This document shows, piece after piece, positions 39,725-50,325 of a DNA stretch of 64,000 nucleotides. The stretch comes from Macrostomum lignano (lineage: Eukaryota), in assembly GCA_002269645.1 (NCBI GenBank), contig NIVC01001190.1, positions 276,428 to 340,427 of the forward strand, written 5' to 3'. Position 1 is the stretch's first letter. Each line of letters opens with the position of its first letter. The notes beneath the pieces are model-generated. The model did no database searches and was not told where the DNA came from. It saw nothing but the letters and a program-made list of their open reading frames with translations. Both the position numbers and the translations under genes were made by a program.

Positions 39725-40521
39725 TTATTTGTCTATGCGCTCCATTCTACACTTGATCTCAAACAAACCGGTTGGCTCACGAAATTTTGGGTTAGTGGTC
39801 AAACTGGTTGGCTCACGAAATTCGTGGTCAGTGGTCAAGTCGGTTGGATCACTTATTTCCCTTGTGGTCTGTGGTGCCTCTTCAACAGTATCAATATCAG
39901 GAAGATTGTGTCTTCAAGACGACTGATTCTTCTCAACGATTTCTGCCATTCGGTAAAAATTAAATCTAAAAGACTTTAATTGCATCAAGTCTTTCTTTAT
40001 TCTATCATGCAACGATGTTGACTGAGTCATGAACTCTTCTAAATTCCTCACTTTACCTGTGTTGGTTGCGACGTTTTCTTTAATTCTATCATGCAACGCT
40101 GTTGACTGGTTCATGAACTCTTCTAAATTATTTACTTTAGCTCTGTTTGTGAAAACTCCTTCTTCAAGAATACGCATCCGTCTATCAGTGGAATTTCTCA
40201 GAAGATTAATTGTCGATGTTAACCGTTGATTTGCGAGACTGCCGAAGTTATTTCTGACCTAAGTTCATTAGTTGCGTGTACAACCTGTACATAAAGCTTA
40301 TCACTTTCAAACTTCTGCCTGGCTACTTTTATGCGGAGATCTTCTATGTTTATCTGTAGCTGGTGCATGGAGCGCTCTAATTGTTTCAGTCTGTTTTTAT
40401 TCAGTTTGATCTCTGGGATCTCTTCGTCGCTGTTGATATATCGCCTGTCAAGGATGGATATTTGAGCTGATGTAAGAGCGCTGTTGCCAGAAATGGATTC
40501 ACCTGCAAAGTTTATCGACAT
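39725..40521 (-). pseudogene. Coiled-coil protein with an internal repeat, frameshifted
   Basis: ORF pieces 40219-40521 and 39914-40177; repeated segment NRAKVNNLEEFMNQST..HDRIK / NTGKVRNLEEFMTQST..HDRIK. Confidence 0.6.
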
Positions 40522-40537
40522 CTTTTAATAGCAAATT

Positions 40538-41309
40538 TTAAATTACAGTTCTTTTTTCTTTGCTGATAATCACAAACTGGTAAGGCTGATTCCACTTGTC
40601 ATAGCAAAGATTAACGAATTCCTCTGTGAAATCTTTCTGCTTGAGTTTTTTGTTGGATTTATGAAATAGGCAGGCGCAATGACCTCATTGTAAAATCTTT
40701 TTAACCTGTCCTGTGGAATGGTTGGAAACAGGAGAATCAGATTGCAGTTCCCACGAATTGTTTTGTTCGGGAGCTCGAACCAGTTCTGTGCAATGTAAAT
40801 TACATTACAATTGTTATGTCGTCCTCTTGTAAAATAGTTTTCTATCTGCTTCTGTGGGCCTGTCATACAATCATCAAAGACGATCAAATGCTTTCTCCCC
40901 TTTTCTAGCTCATCTGGTTGGGGTAGAAGTTTGGTCTTTGGATCAGCCTGTGGATCTCCATAGGTGAACACTTTAATGTTCTGCCATTTTTCATTGTCTT
41001 TGAGGTGCTTTGCATATTCGGCAGCTACAATTTCAGGGTTACTGGGAAGGCTCATTTGGTTATTAAAACATGCAATAATGTCCTCTTTGTTCAGCTTGTT
41101 TTGAAACCCTGCAATCCTGGAGAGTAGATGTGCAGAGTGTCATAGTCGATAAAGCCAGGTCTAAGAAGCATGTTAAAGACTCTGAATGTTTTACCTGAAC
41201 CTGATGAACCAACAACAATGCATCTGAAATGACTCGGAATTGACTCGTGATGAGAAAACTTAATCTGATTACGCGTCCAGTGAGGATTGAAGTCGTTTGA
41301 AAAGTCCAT
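40538..41309 (-). pseudogene. A32/FtsK-like genome-packaging ATPase with ~2 frameshifts
   Basis: Walker A GSSGSGKT, Walker B LIVFDD, FTRGRH, IYIAQNWFELP, and C-terminal LCYDKWNQPYQFVII. Confidence 0.92.
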
Positions 41310-41349
41310 TTTTTCTATGATGAAAAAAAATTTAAATAATAAATAATGT

Positions 41350-41515
41350 AGATGTGTCATTTCGGGACTTAGATGTGTCATTTTGGGACTTAGATGTGTC
41401 ATTTTGGGACTTAGATGTGTCATTTTGGGACTTAGATGTGTCATTTTGGTACTTAATTGTGTCATTTTGGGACTTAGATGTGTCATTTTGGTACTTAATT
41501 GTGTCATTTTGGGAC
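41350..41515. repeat. 21-bp minisatellite (TTAGATGTGTCATTTTGGGAC)n inside the Polinton
   Basis: About 8 units between the ATPase start and the stop of the upstream ORF. Confidence 0.93.
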
Positions 41516-41558
41516 TAGTCTTGTACCTTTACATTTCTTGTACCCTCGGAAAGTACCT

Positions 41559-41948
41559 TTAGTCAAATTTGAAACCACTTCCTTTTTTAATGCTAGCTCT
41601 CATCTTCTCATAGACTGCAGGGTCCACACTGTCTGGATTTGGGGCCAGTGGGGCCAGCGGGGCCAGTGGAGGTTGAATATCTTGTTTAGGTGTTACAGTA
41701 TCCTTTATCTTTTTGGCTGCTGTGGCTACACTGCCAGCCGCTTCGGCAACGTTCTTGATGTTCTCTTTGTTCTCTCCAATGACCTTAAAAATCTTGGCCC
41801 CCTGAGCGATCAAATCGGCAAGGCCATTCCCAGAGCGTTCTTTTCTTGGATAGTGGCCTGCAGGGAAAAGTCCAGATCCGCGTTTCATGAGATTAAGTTC
41901 CTCTTTGTCATAGTATTTGTCCACGTCTTTCTCAAAAATAATCGGCAT
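41559..41948 (-). CDS. Small virion-core-like protein with GxG candidate protease sites and an amphipathic helix (~129 aa)
   Basis: RGSGL, SGNGLADLIAQGAKIFKVIG, KGSGF and a PPLAPLAPLAP tract. Confidence 0.7.
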   Translation of the reverse strand: MPIIFEKDVDKYYDKEELNLMKRGSGLFPAGHYPRKERSGNGLADLIAQGAKIFKVIGENKENIKNVAEAAGSVATAAKKIKDTVTPKQDIQPPLAPLAPLAPNPDSVDPAVYEKMRASIKKGSGFKFD

Positions 41949-41964
41949 TTTTACTTGAAATAAA

Positions 41965-43161
41965 TTATTTTTTGTTGAACCGCGAAAGCAGAAGCTCTCT
42001 CGCCCTCTTATCGATGTATTTTCTCTCAAGCATTTTGTCTAGGATGTTGACAAATTCTTTTCTATTTTCATCTTTCATTCCGGTCTTTGCTGCACCTAGA
42101 AGAACCGCTACTCGCTTGTAGATTTCAGAAATTCCTTTTCCAGTTGAGGGCGGTTGGTCTTGGGGTTGTGGAGTTGGTTGGGCTTGTAGCTGCTGGGGAG
42201 GTGATGCAAAAGACTGCTCACTTTCAGAGATGGAACTGTCATGTGGTGCCTGTCTTTGTTGAGGTGTGAAAACTCTTTGCCTGATTCTGTTCATTCGATC
42301 TGGAGAGTGTTGTTCTAAGTGTTGCCAATCTGTTGGGTTTTGTTTCTTATATTCAGCTACTTGAGTCGGATCTGCATTTTCCAGTTGCCTGAGTACTTCT
42401 GTGAAATGTTGCTGCTGCTGTGGTTGTGGTTGTTGTTGCTGTTGTTGTTGTTGTTCTAGATATTTTATGACTTCCCCCTGATCTGGCAAATCGAACCATT
42501 GTTTAAAGTGATTGTACTTTTTGAATCTAGTCAGGTTGACACCGTTATCATACATAAGTCTCAGGACTTCTGGGGCCTTTAGTATTGCTATATCTCTAGC
42601 AAGAGCAAAAGTCACTAGATCTCTATAGTTCTTTAGCTGTTTGTCCGAGATTCTCTCTTGGTTCTTGGTCATAAAAGTCAGTAAGGTTTCTGTGAAAGGA
42701 ATGCTCTTAGTTTCCGAGCCTTTGACAACAGAAATATGTTTCTTATTTATGTCGATATAATATTCCACTGGTTCATTATAAATGTTTCTTCTCCACATAC
42801 TTATTCCAAATACATATTTCCCATCATGTTCGACACGCTCTACTGGTCCAAAAATGTTATCTGTCACTTTTAGTTGTGATTGATGTGGTTGTGGTTGTTG
42901 TGGTTGCGGCTGTATCTGTGGTGCTTCTGGAATTTTGCCCAAAACCTTTTGCACTTGGGTTTCCTGTATGTCGTCGATAGTTTCTTTGACCTGATCAATA
43001 TTTTTCTTAGCTTCTCCATACCCGGGTTTATGAAACTCTGTGGCTGCTTGGACAAACTCATTGTAGGATTGTTGCTCCTTATTTATTAGCCTGGTAACTC
43101 GTTTCTCTGCTTGTGCTAGCTTCTCCAATTCAGATATCTGCTGTGTACTTTTTCGCTTCAT
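41965..43161 (-). CDS. Q/P-rich Polinton conserved protein (PZ-like), intact, 398 aa
   Basis: C-terminal TGKGISEIYKRVAVLLGAAKTG...EFVNILDKML resembles the common Polinton motif RL.LL.....AG...EI..I..L. Confidence 0.7.
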   Translation of the reverse strand: MKRKSTQQISELEKLAQAEKRVTRLINKEQQSYNEFVQAATEFHKPGYGEAKKNIDQVKETIDDIQETQVQKVLGKIPEAPQIQPQPQQPQPHQSQLKVTDNIFGPVERVEHDGKYVFGISMWRRNIYNEPVEYYIDINKKHISVVKGSETKSIPFTETLLTFMTKNQERISDKQLKNYRDLVTFALARDIAILKAPEVLRLMYDNGVNLTRFKKYNHFKQWFDLPDQGEVIKYLEQQQQQQQQPQPQQQQHFTEVLRQLENADPTQVAEYKKQNPTDWQHLEQHSPDRMNRIRQRVFTPQQRQAPHDSSISESEQSFASPPQQLQAQPTPQPQDQPPSTGKGISEIYKRVAVLLGAAKTGMKDENRKEFVNILDKMLERKYIDKRARELLLSRFNKK

Positions 43162-43192
43162 TTCTTATTTTATTTTATTTTTAGTTAAAAAA

Positions 43193-44479
43193 ATGAACGA
43201 CCCACTGACACCAGTTTTCTACAAGATTAACAAGCCTATTTTGAGTGATGATAGCACAATCAAAGCGACTCAGGTAAGAGTTCCCAGTCAGGAAAATCAG
43301 AATGAAACTAATCTTGGTCCTGGTCAAACACTGACATTTACATACAATGGATGTTCGTCTTTGGTTAGTGTGCACAGTCTTAAGAGCGGCTTCCATATGA
43401 CATTTCAATTCAAGACAAAGGGTGGTGCGGATGCGGCTCGTGCTAACGTTGACAAGCATGATGCGGATGTGGCTCTGATCAGTAACTTTTGGGCGTACAT
43501 GTTCAAGGAGTTTAGTGTATCGAATGGGAGCACTGAGTTGGAGCGAATCGCCAACTTTGGAATTGTCTATGACGCTCATTGTTTGATCGAGAATCCTGAT
43601 TTTATTCAATTGGGAAGTGGTGCGGGTTTTATTGCAGACGAAAAAGAAGGAGATACCAATGACAGTGGCTATAAAAATAGGAAGAAGAGATACAACTATG
43701 CATTGCAAGGTGCTGATGATGCTGCTAAGAACCCGCTGTATCGGTCTGTTGATGTATTTGTACCATTAAGATTCATGAGTGGATTCTGTAATACATTTAA
43801 TCGACTGACTAGCAACTTTAGCTACACATTTAGACTGACTAGAGATGATCGCAGTAGAGTGTTGTGGACTGGGGCGGACCACACAAGGATGGAGGTGAAG
43901 CTAACCGGAATCGAGCTGTATTTGGAAGTCATTGAGCCAAAGACTGCACTAAAAGCGGATTATCTCAAGGCAATAGAGAAGGACATTGATGTTGCATACA
44001 CAGCCTACATGTGTCGAGATGAGCGAAACGAAACTAGAACAAACATCTGCATTAAAGAGGGATCATGCAGCAATCCAAGGTATATCATTATTAACATGAG
44101 AAACCCAAATAGCATTATCCGCTACATGCATGGAGACGTGCGGTCCATTCAGCATGAAATCAGTGATAATCTTTACCCTGCACTGCCACAAAATGGAGAT
44201 TTCAGTCAGAACAAGATTAGCAAATTTTACAGCGAGTTGGTCGACTTGGCTGTGAAAGAGAACAATGGAATTGCTATCACTGCTCTTCAATATGGAACTC
44301 TATATCCAATGTTTGGAGCTGATGTGTCTGCCAGACAAATGCCTACTGATAACAGCCCTGTGAATATCGTGACTAACATTGAAAGGACTGCCGCAACACC
44401 CGTGGACCTGTACATTATCTATGCATTTGAGAGGAAGGTGAAGCTTAACATGATCAACAATTCATCCAGTGAAGTTTAA
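43193..44479 (+). CDS. Major capsid protein (double jelly-roll, PY/hexon-like), intact, 428 aa
   Basis: Size, beta-strand-rich composition, position next to the penton, and motifs such as VFVPLRFMSGFC, FRLTRDD and YPMFGADVS. Confidence 0.85.
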   Translation: MNDPLTPVFYKINKPILSDDSTIKATQVRVPSQENQNETNLGPGQTLTFTYNGCSSLVSVHSLKSGFHMTFQFKTKGGADAARANVDKHDADVALISNFWAYMFKEFSVSNGSTELERIANFGIVYDAHCLIENPDFIQLGSGAGFIADEKEGDTNDSGYKNRKKRYNYALQGADDAAKNPLYRSVDVFVPLRFMSGFCNTFNRLTSNFSYTFRLTRDDRSRVLWTGADHTRMEVKLTGIELYLEVIEPKTALKADYLKAIEKDIDVAYTAYMCRDERNETRTNICIKEGSCSNPRYIIINMRNPNSIIRYMHGDVRSIQHEISDNLYPALPQNGDFSQNKISKFYSELVDLAVKENNGIAITALQYGTLYPMFGADVSARQMPTDNSPVNIVTNIERTAATPVDLYIIYAFERKVKLNMINNSSSEV

Positions 44480-44500
44480 ATATTTTTTTTATGGGTGAAA

Positions 44501-45367
44501 AAAATGGAAGCGATTGCTGAAAGACTAAATAATATTGTTTCTCACTCCAAGGAGAGCATTCCTATTACAATAACTGGGCGAATTAATGACTCAAACGGGA
44601 TATTTATTCAAAAATTAGAGCAGGCGATTCGCCTGGATCCAGGTGCTAATTACCATGTCTATCTTAACGACTTCACTGGTTGGTCAAACGTTCCCAATGT
44701 GATGGCAGCAAATAATAAGTTTTATTACAAATGGAAAGGTGCAGCAGCAGAACCTGTGGTATTCCCTGTTAGCACGCAAAGTGTGGATACCTACAATTAC
44801 TTTCTAGAAAACGTCTTTACTAAGAGAGGCCATTTTGAGACACCTGATGCGAGTAAGCCAGAGAAGAAACTGTTCCCTGTCAAACTATCCTATGATCTCA
44901 CTGTAATGAGAGTGGTCATGCAAGTTCACAAAGATGCGGAGGTTGAGTTTAAAGATGACACTTGGTATAGGGAACTGGGATTCGAGAAGAAAGTTTATAA
45001 GGCAGAATCCGCGCCGCGGACCGCCACTCAAGCGTCAGGGGCCGTTAGCATGGCCCGGGAAAACGTAAGCGGTTTGTTCTTAGCACCCAATATAGCAGAC
45101 ATTGTAAAGGGTTTGAATATTCTAATCAGAAGCAATCTCAGTCTTGATTGGGTATTTAAGGGAAAGCGAACGAATATTTTGTACAACATCTCCAACTCTG
45201 TTGCTGGAGGACAGATGGTGGTAGAGAAACCAAATCCAGTGAAAAGAGTTGTATTGAGTAATAAGGAGATTCACGAGATTGTGCTACAGTTTGAGACTGA
45301 AGATGGGATGGGCGTTGATTTTAATGGGGAAGAGTTTGTATTGACGTTGATCATTGAAAGAATGTAA
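44501..45367 (+). CDS. Minor capsid protein (penton, PX), intact, ~288 aa
   Basis: YHVYLNDFTGWSNVPNV...NNKFYY, ILIRSNL, ILYNI, and EIVLQFETEDG..VDFNGEEFVLTLII. Confidence 0.88.
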   Translation, partial: KMEAIAERLNNIVSHSKESIPITITGRINDSNGIFIQKLEQAIRLDPGANYHVYLNDFTGWSNVPNVMAANNKFYYKWKGAAAEPVVFPVSTQSVDTYNYFLENVFTKRGHFETPDASKPEKKLFPVKLSYDLTVMRVVMQVHKDAEVEFKDDTWYRELGFEKKVYKAESAPRTATQASGAVSMARENVSGLFLAPNIADIVKGLNILIRSNLSLDWVFKGKRTNILYNISNSVAGGQMVVEKPNPVKRVVLSNKEIHEIVLQFETEDGMGVDFNGEEFVLTLIIERM

Positions 45368-45374
45368 GAAAAAA

Positions 45375-45614
45375 TTACAATTGTCTAATGATTTCTGCAA
45401 AGTTATAGTAGCTGTCGTAATCTTTTACATAGGTTACTCCATACTTATAAAACCAGTGTCTTTGGAGAGCTTGATTAATATTAGGGACATTGATATCAAC
45501 ATCGGGCCAATGTTTTCTCATGTACTCGCTGCATTCAAGTTTGCATTGGTACTTGGATTTGTACAATGGATTAGGCTGAGTATAATAAGAACCTGGAGAG
45601 ACAACTGGAAACAT
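45375..45614 (-). CDS. Small TIR-proximal ORF (79 aa, Tyr-rich), unknown function
   Basis: Preceded by TTCTCTAAAAATG, as is the 2-TM gene. It differs from copy 2 at 5 aa, against 8 aa for the antisense frame. Confidence 0.6.
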   Translation of the reverse strand: MFPVVSPGSYYTQPNPLYKSKYQCKLECSEYMRKHWPDVDINVPNINQALQRHWFYKYGVTYVKDYDSYYNFAEIIRQL

Positions 45615-45629
45615 TTTTAGAGAAAATTT

Positions 45630-46000
45630 ATTTTTTTTCAATGGGTAAGGACCCTGGGTTAGGGGATTTAAAGTCTTAGGGATCTGGTTTCGCCGCTTCG
45701 GATTGAATGTGGGGAGAAGAATGCAGATTATTTTCTGATTGTTTCGAAGATGCTATGGGTGGATGTCAGTGGATTATAATGGGATTATGTTTGAAGTTTT
45801 CGGAACAAGTAGGACACCTGTTATGCTCTGATTCTGTCAGGGATAATATGGATGGATTTAATGGGATTATGGAGGACGTTTTGTGAGCGAGTGCGACCCC
45901 CCTTTTTTTCTGATTCTGTCGGGGATAATATAGATGGATTTAATGGAATTATGGAGGATGTGAAAAATTTTGTCCCAAAAGCCGCCTCATGCCTTCTACT
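45630..46000 (-). repeat. Polinton right TIR
   Basis: Reverse complement of 30034-30405, with a diverged patch around 45675-45700. Confidence 0.93.
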
Positions 46001-46430
46001 AGTCTATATTTTTATATTTAATATTAGTTATTATAAGCTTAAAAAATTAAAATTTCGCTAACAGCGCTTTCGAAAAGAACAATTTTCATCGAATTAACTG
46101 TTAATAATCTGTTTGACGCGCCCAGCTCTTGTTGTTGCTTGGAGTTGTTTTCCATTTATGCTCGCGAATCAAGCGGATGCGACAAGGGCATAGAAACCCC
46201 ACACAATTTTGCTAATTCCAGAGGCAAATATGGTGCACTGTCTTGTAAAGCGATGCACTAATAGCGTAGAAACGTTTTACTCTCATATCCTCAATGCAAG
46301 CGGTAAGAAAGCAACTGCTTATTGCTGAAAAGTTAAAGCGCTGGATAGAGCCCCTGTTGGAATATACTTTTTAGAATGCAACTATTGCTGCACACATGCT
46401 GTGGGGGCGGCGGTCAGAAGTCTCTAGCAA

Positions 46431-48886
46431 GGGCCGATTTCATGAAGCAACTACAAGTGACAAGTTGACAATTTACAAGTGACAAGTGTAAAATATCACA
46501 ATTATTGCGTTTCATGAAGAGGGATGACAATTTGGCAAGTTACAAGTGATAAGCGACAGTTTGTCAAGCAGTTGTTGCCGTTCTTTTGGACATAGACAAC
46601 ACAGTTTAGCTTGAGCACTATCGAAGGGTCCCACTTGTCAATGACAAGTCTAAAAGTGGCTAAGCTCTTGTCAACAGTCTTCTTAGATAGGGAAACAAAC
46701 ATAATTGCTAGCATATAGCGTTCCTCTGTCCTCAATTTGTGAATCCACTTGAAATAAAGCATGTTTAGCGACAGTGAAGAAGATGCTCTTCTCAACAAAG
46801 CTTAATGCAGTGCGGATCTTCAAAGAGGGAATCAACTTTCAGCCACGTAGGATAGATTTCATGGAGAAAATTCCGGCTTTCATCTGATCAAGTTGAAGAT
46901 TTGTTGGAAATGATTGGACCTGTCTTGACCCACGGAACTGTCGCTGACCCAGGATCGCTGACTATGTTGCACTGTCTGGAATGCAATCAGACGCGAGCGC
47001 AGATAGCACAAGATTTCTACAGAGTCGGTGGCATGTCATGCGTTACTGGCTGTGCCGATGGTACGCTGATCAAGACCCGAGCTCCGGTTACTGATGAAGA
47101 TCAGTTCGTTGACAGGCACGGTAACCACCCTATAGCTGGAGACCATTTCCCAATGCACTATTATTGGGAGATAACGGATACAGTCTGAAGCAGTGGCTGC
47201 TCACTCCAATCGGTGGCGATAATGTTAAGGACGTACAGAATCAGTTTAACATTGTTCAGCAAAGACCAGACGTCTAGTCGAGTGCTCCTTTGGCGTTCTA
47301 AAGCAGCGCTTCGCCTGCCTATCTACACAGTTGCGAGTTGACCCTGTCTACGCATGTGAGATCATTAAGTGCTGTGCATTACTGTAGAATTACCTTGCGG
47401 CCTCTAACAATCGGCACGAAGAATTGCAACTCACGGAGGAAGAATTTATATACGAACCAATCCCCAATGAGGGCGATTCGTTGCAAGGAAATGGTTTACG
47501 CATTCGACTCCTGAACTTTATTAACATGTCAATTTAGCTTTTTGATGCTTTTTTCACGATAGTGTCACTTAATTTTCAGAGTTATCTCGTTCACGCTCAT
47601 TGGTTTAGTTCCCGTTCCAGCAGTTTTATTTCGAGTTCCAATTTCTTTTTTTAGTTCCCTAATCTTTACACCCTGTTGCAAACGGTGCTTTCGTAGGTCG
47701 CACACGCTCTCGCCGTACAGTGTTTTTAGTAGTTCCCGCTTCGCTAGTTGCTTTGGTCGAGACTTTCTTTCGGTAGTAGCTGCTGCACCACAACTGGATT
47801 CTGACTCTCGATTATCAGGCACAACCTTTCGGATGGTGACAGCTACTGCACCACTGCTGGATTCTGGTCCTTGCTTGTCAGGAGAACTGTGCCTAACCAT
47901 CTCTTCGGAGGCGTCGTAGCAAAGATCGGCAACAGACCCAACGAACTGCCCGCTTGACTCTGGAACGGGTAATCCGACAACTTGGGCTGATTTCTCACCG
48001 AGAATCTTCAGCACCTTCAGTTCGACTTCTCTCGACGAATATACAGCTTCTTCTATACAGCAGATACTTCCATGGGGCCTTCTCGCCTTCGGGTACGAAC
48101 CGGTAGCCCATTGACAGGCAAGCGCTCAGGATCTCCTTCCATTTATCCTGTTTCATTTTGTCAGCCAGCGAAGGACTGAACTTTCCAAAAAGAATATTCT
48201 TGTTTTCCTCAATTTTTTCTAGAAGAAATAGTTTGTCCTCACAAGTATTTTTAATTTTAGGCTTAAAGAGTTACAGAATGAAAGAAACCAAATAAAATAC
48301 CACTTATCATTTTAACACTAACTATTTATAAGCAAAAGCTAAAAGTTCAAAATTCCATAGTTCCAAGCCACAGTTTATAGCCTTGGAAGGACTGCAAGAC
48401 CTAAGGTTGACCCATAGACGGCGCAACTTTAGGGTCCTATTTTTAAACTTGACAAGTGGTTGCTAAGTATATTATAATAGCTATTTAATAAGCATTCTAT
48501 GGTCAGAATGTCCGAGGCTGCATTTAATGGTCTCGACCATTGAGTGGGGCCAAGGACATTCAGACCATAGACAGCTTAATTTAATGGCTATTATTTTATG
48601 TGAAATCAGATTGCTTATTTTTGGGATATTCCATCTGGTCGACCGTGGTTTCGGGCGGGGGTGCGGGGGCAGAGCCGTTTGAAGACCATTAAATGATTTT
48701 TTTGGTCCCGGTATAGAAGTATTTGTACCATAGACTATTGATTCTTTGCTGCGAAGGCGCCCATTAAAGGTCAATTAAATAAGCAATCGGATTTTATATT
48801 TTCATGAAACTGTAATCGCTGTCACTTATCACTTGTAACTTGTAATTTGTCACTTGTCACTTGTACTTGCTTCATGAAATCGGCCC
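46431..48886. mobile_element. PIF/Harbinger element 1 (degenerate, 2456 bp)
   Basis: TIR GGGCCGATTTCATGAAGCAA / TTGCTTCATGAAATCGGCCC; flanks CAA and CAG. Transposase remnants GCADGTLIKTRAP...FVDRHGNH and TRRLVECSFGVLKQRFACL, plus a convergent second-gene remnant (47565-48200). Confidence 0.88.
46761..47510 (+). pseudogene. Harbinger (HARBI1-like) DDE transposase remnant
   Basis: The motifs above, interrupted by stops, frameshifts and deletions. Confidence 0.85.
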
Positions 48887-49740
48887 CAGGTATTGAAAAG
48901 TTTCAAGCCAGGGGTGGATTTCATTAAGCCACTTGTCAGACAAATTACAAGTGACAAGTGGCAATTCCGACAAGTAATATGTTTCATGAGAAGTTATGAC
49001 AAATTAACAAGTTACAAGTAACAAGTGACAATCTGTCAAGCGCTATCCTGGCCACTTGTAAACATTGACTACGCTTTTGTCGCCAAGCAATCACTGGGAT
49101 TCTATGGAGCACATGGCCCTTGTATGAAATTTGAAAAGTGGTCCGTGCACTTGTCAAGTGTGCATTTAAACTCCACTATCAATTTTGCGAGCCATCAGCG
49201 TGATGTTTAGCGATAGTGAGGATGAGGACGATTGGTTGTTTAAACAAGCAGGGCCCGCGCAGTGAATCTTCAAAGAAAGAATAAATTTTCACCCTCGTGG
49301 ATTGGACTTTTCGGAAAGATTTCGCCTCTCCGCAAAACAAGGGGAGAGTCTGCTGGAGTCAGTTGGTCCCGTGTTAACATTTGACTTGTTAAAAAAAGGT
49401 GCCTTGACCGCAAAGGAGCAGCTTTTTTGGCTTCTTTGTCCTTCATTTAAAATAGGGAAAAATGTGTCAGATGACAAATAGGGAGACTAAACAAACATCT
49501 TCGACGAGATTAAAGATGCAGAAAAGCCTGTTCACTCAGAATAAAACTAGATCTTAATTCGACAGTCTATGGCCAGACTGAGAGATCGGTTAACAAACTG
49601 AGCCAAGAAATTCTAAATCTAAACTGGAATAACAACTGAAATAGCGGTGAGGACTTTTTATACAAGATAAGGCTTATCGCGATTGCCACAGACATAGGGA
49701 GGATTCGTTTGCCTACGTTACGTTTACGTTTTGTTACGTT

Positions 49741-50311
49741 TTGATGGGTAAGATTCAGTCTGACGACATCGAAGCGCGGTTCGGATGGATTCGTCAACTC
49801 AGTGGAGCCAATTACTTCATTTCGATGCGGCAACTTACCGAGAGTGACAAAAAGATTAAAGCTATTTCGCTTCTCAGATATTCAGGTCTGACAGTGCGCG
49901 ATCTGGACAAAGCGCTTCTGAAAAGGACCGGTCCGGATAGTAACAAGACACGCAAACTGGCGGCTGAGATTCGTGAAGAAACTTGTCTTAACTGTCTACC
50001 GGACGAAAGTAACACGGCCATAGTTTATTATGTTAGTGGTTTCTGCGCGCGTTCGTTAGTTAGAACGAACAAGTGTGAATCATGCAAACATACTCTGGTG
50101 TGCGAAAATCCGATTGTTGACTTTGAATTTGAAGAGACGTCTCAAATGAAAGAATCGTCGGAATTTCTTCGTGAAATCGATCGAGGTGGTCTCTTCTGGC
50201 CGCAGGAGCATCTGTTTCAGTTGGGCATGCTGTGATGGCGTGTCTTTACAGAAGTCAAGAACACACCCAACCTTAAGCACAAATTTCTGTCAGCTTTCAA
50301 TCAAACTTTGA
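49741..50311 (+). pseudogene. P-element/Galileo (THAP9-like) transposase C-terminal fragment
   Basis: GKIQSDDIEARFGWIRQLSGANYFISMRQ, VYYVSGFCAR, CESC and IDRGGLFWP. Confidence 0.78.
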
Positions 50312-50325
50312 TTGGAAGTCAAACA

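Larger units (their letters stand above)
30034..46000. mobile_element. Full-length Polinton/Maverick (adintovirus-like endogenous virus), 15967 bp
   Basis: Termini AGTAGAAGGCATGAGG...CCTCATGCCTTCTACT. TIRs ~370 bp. Flanks AGTCAA (30028-33) and AGTCTA (46001-06) form a 6-bp TSD with one mismatch. Canonical gene set present. Confidence 0.97.
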
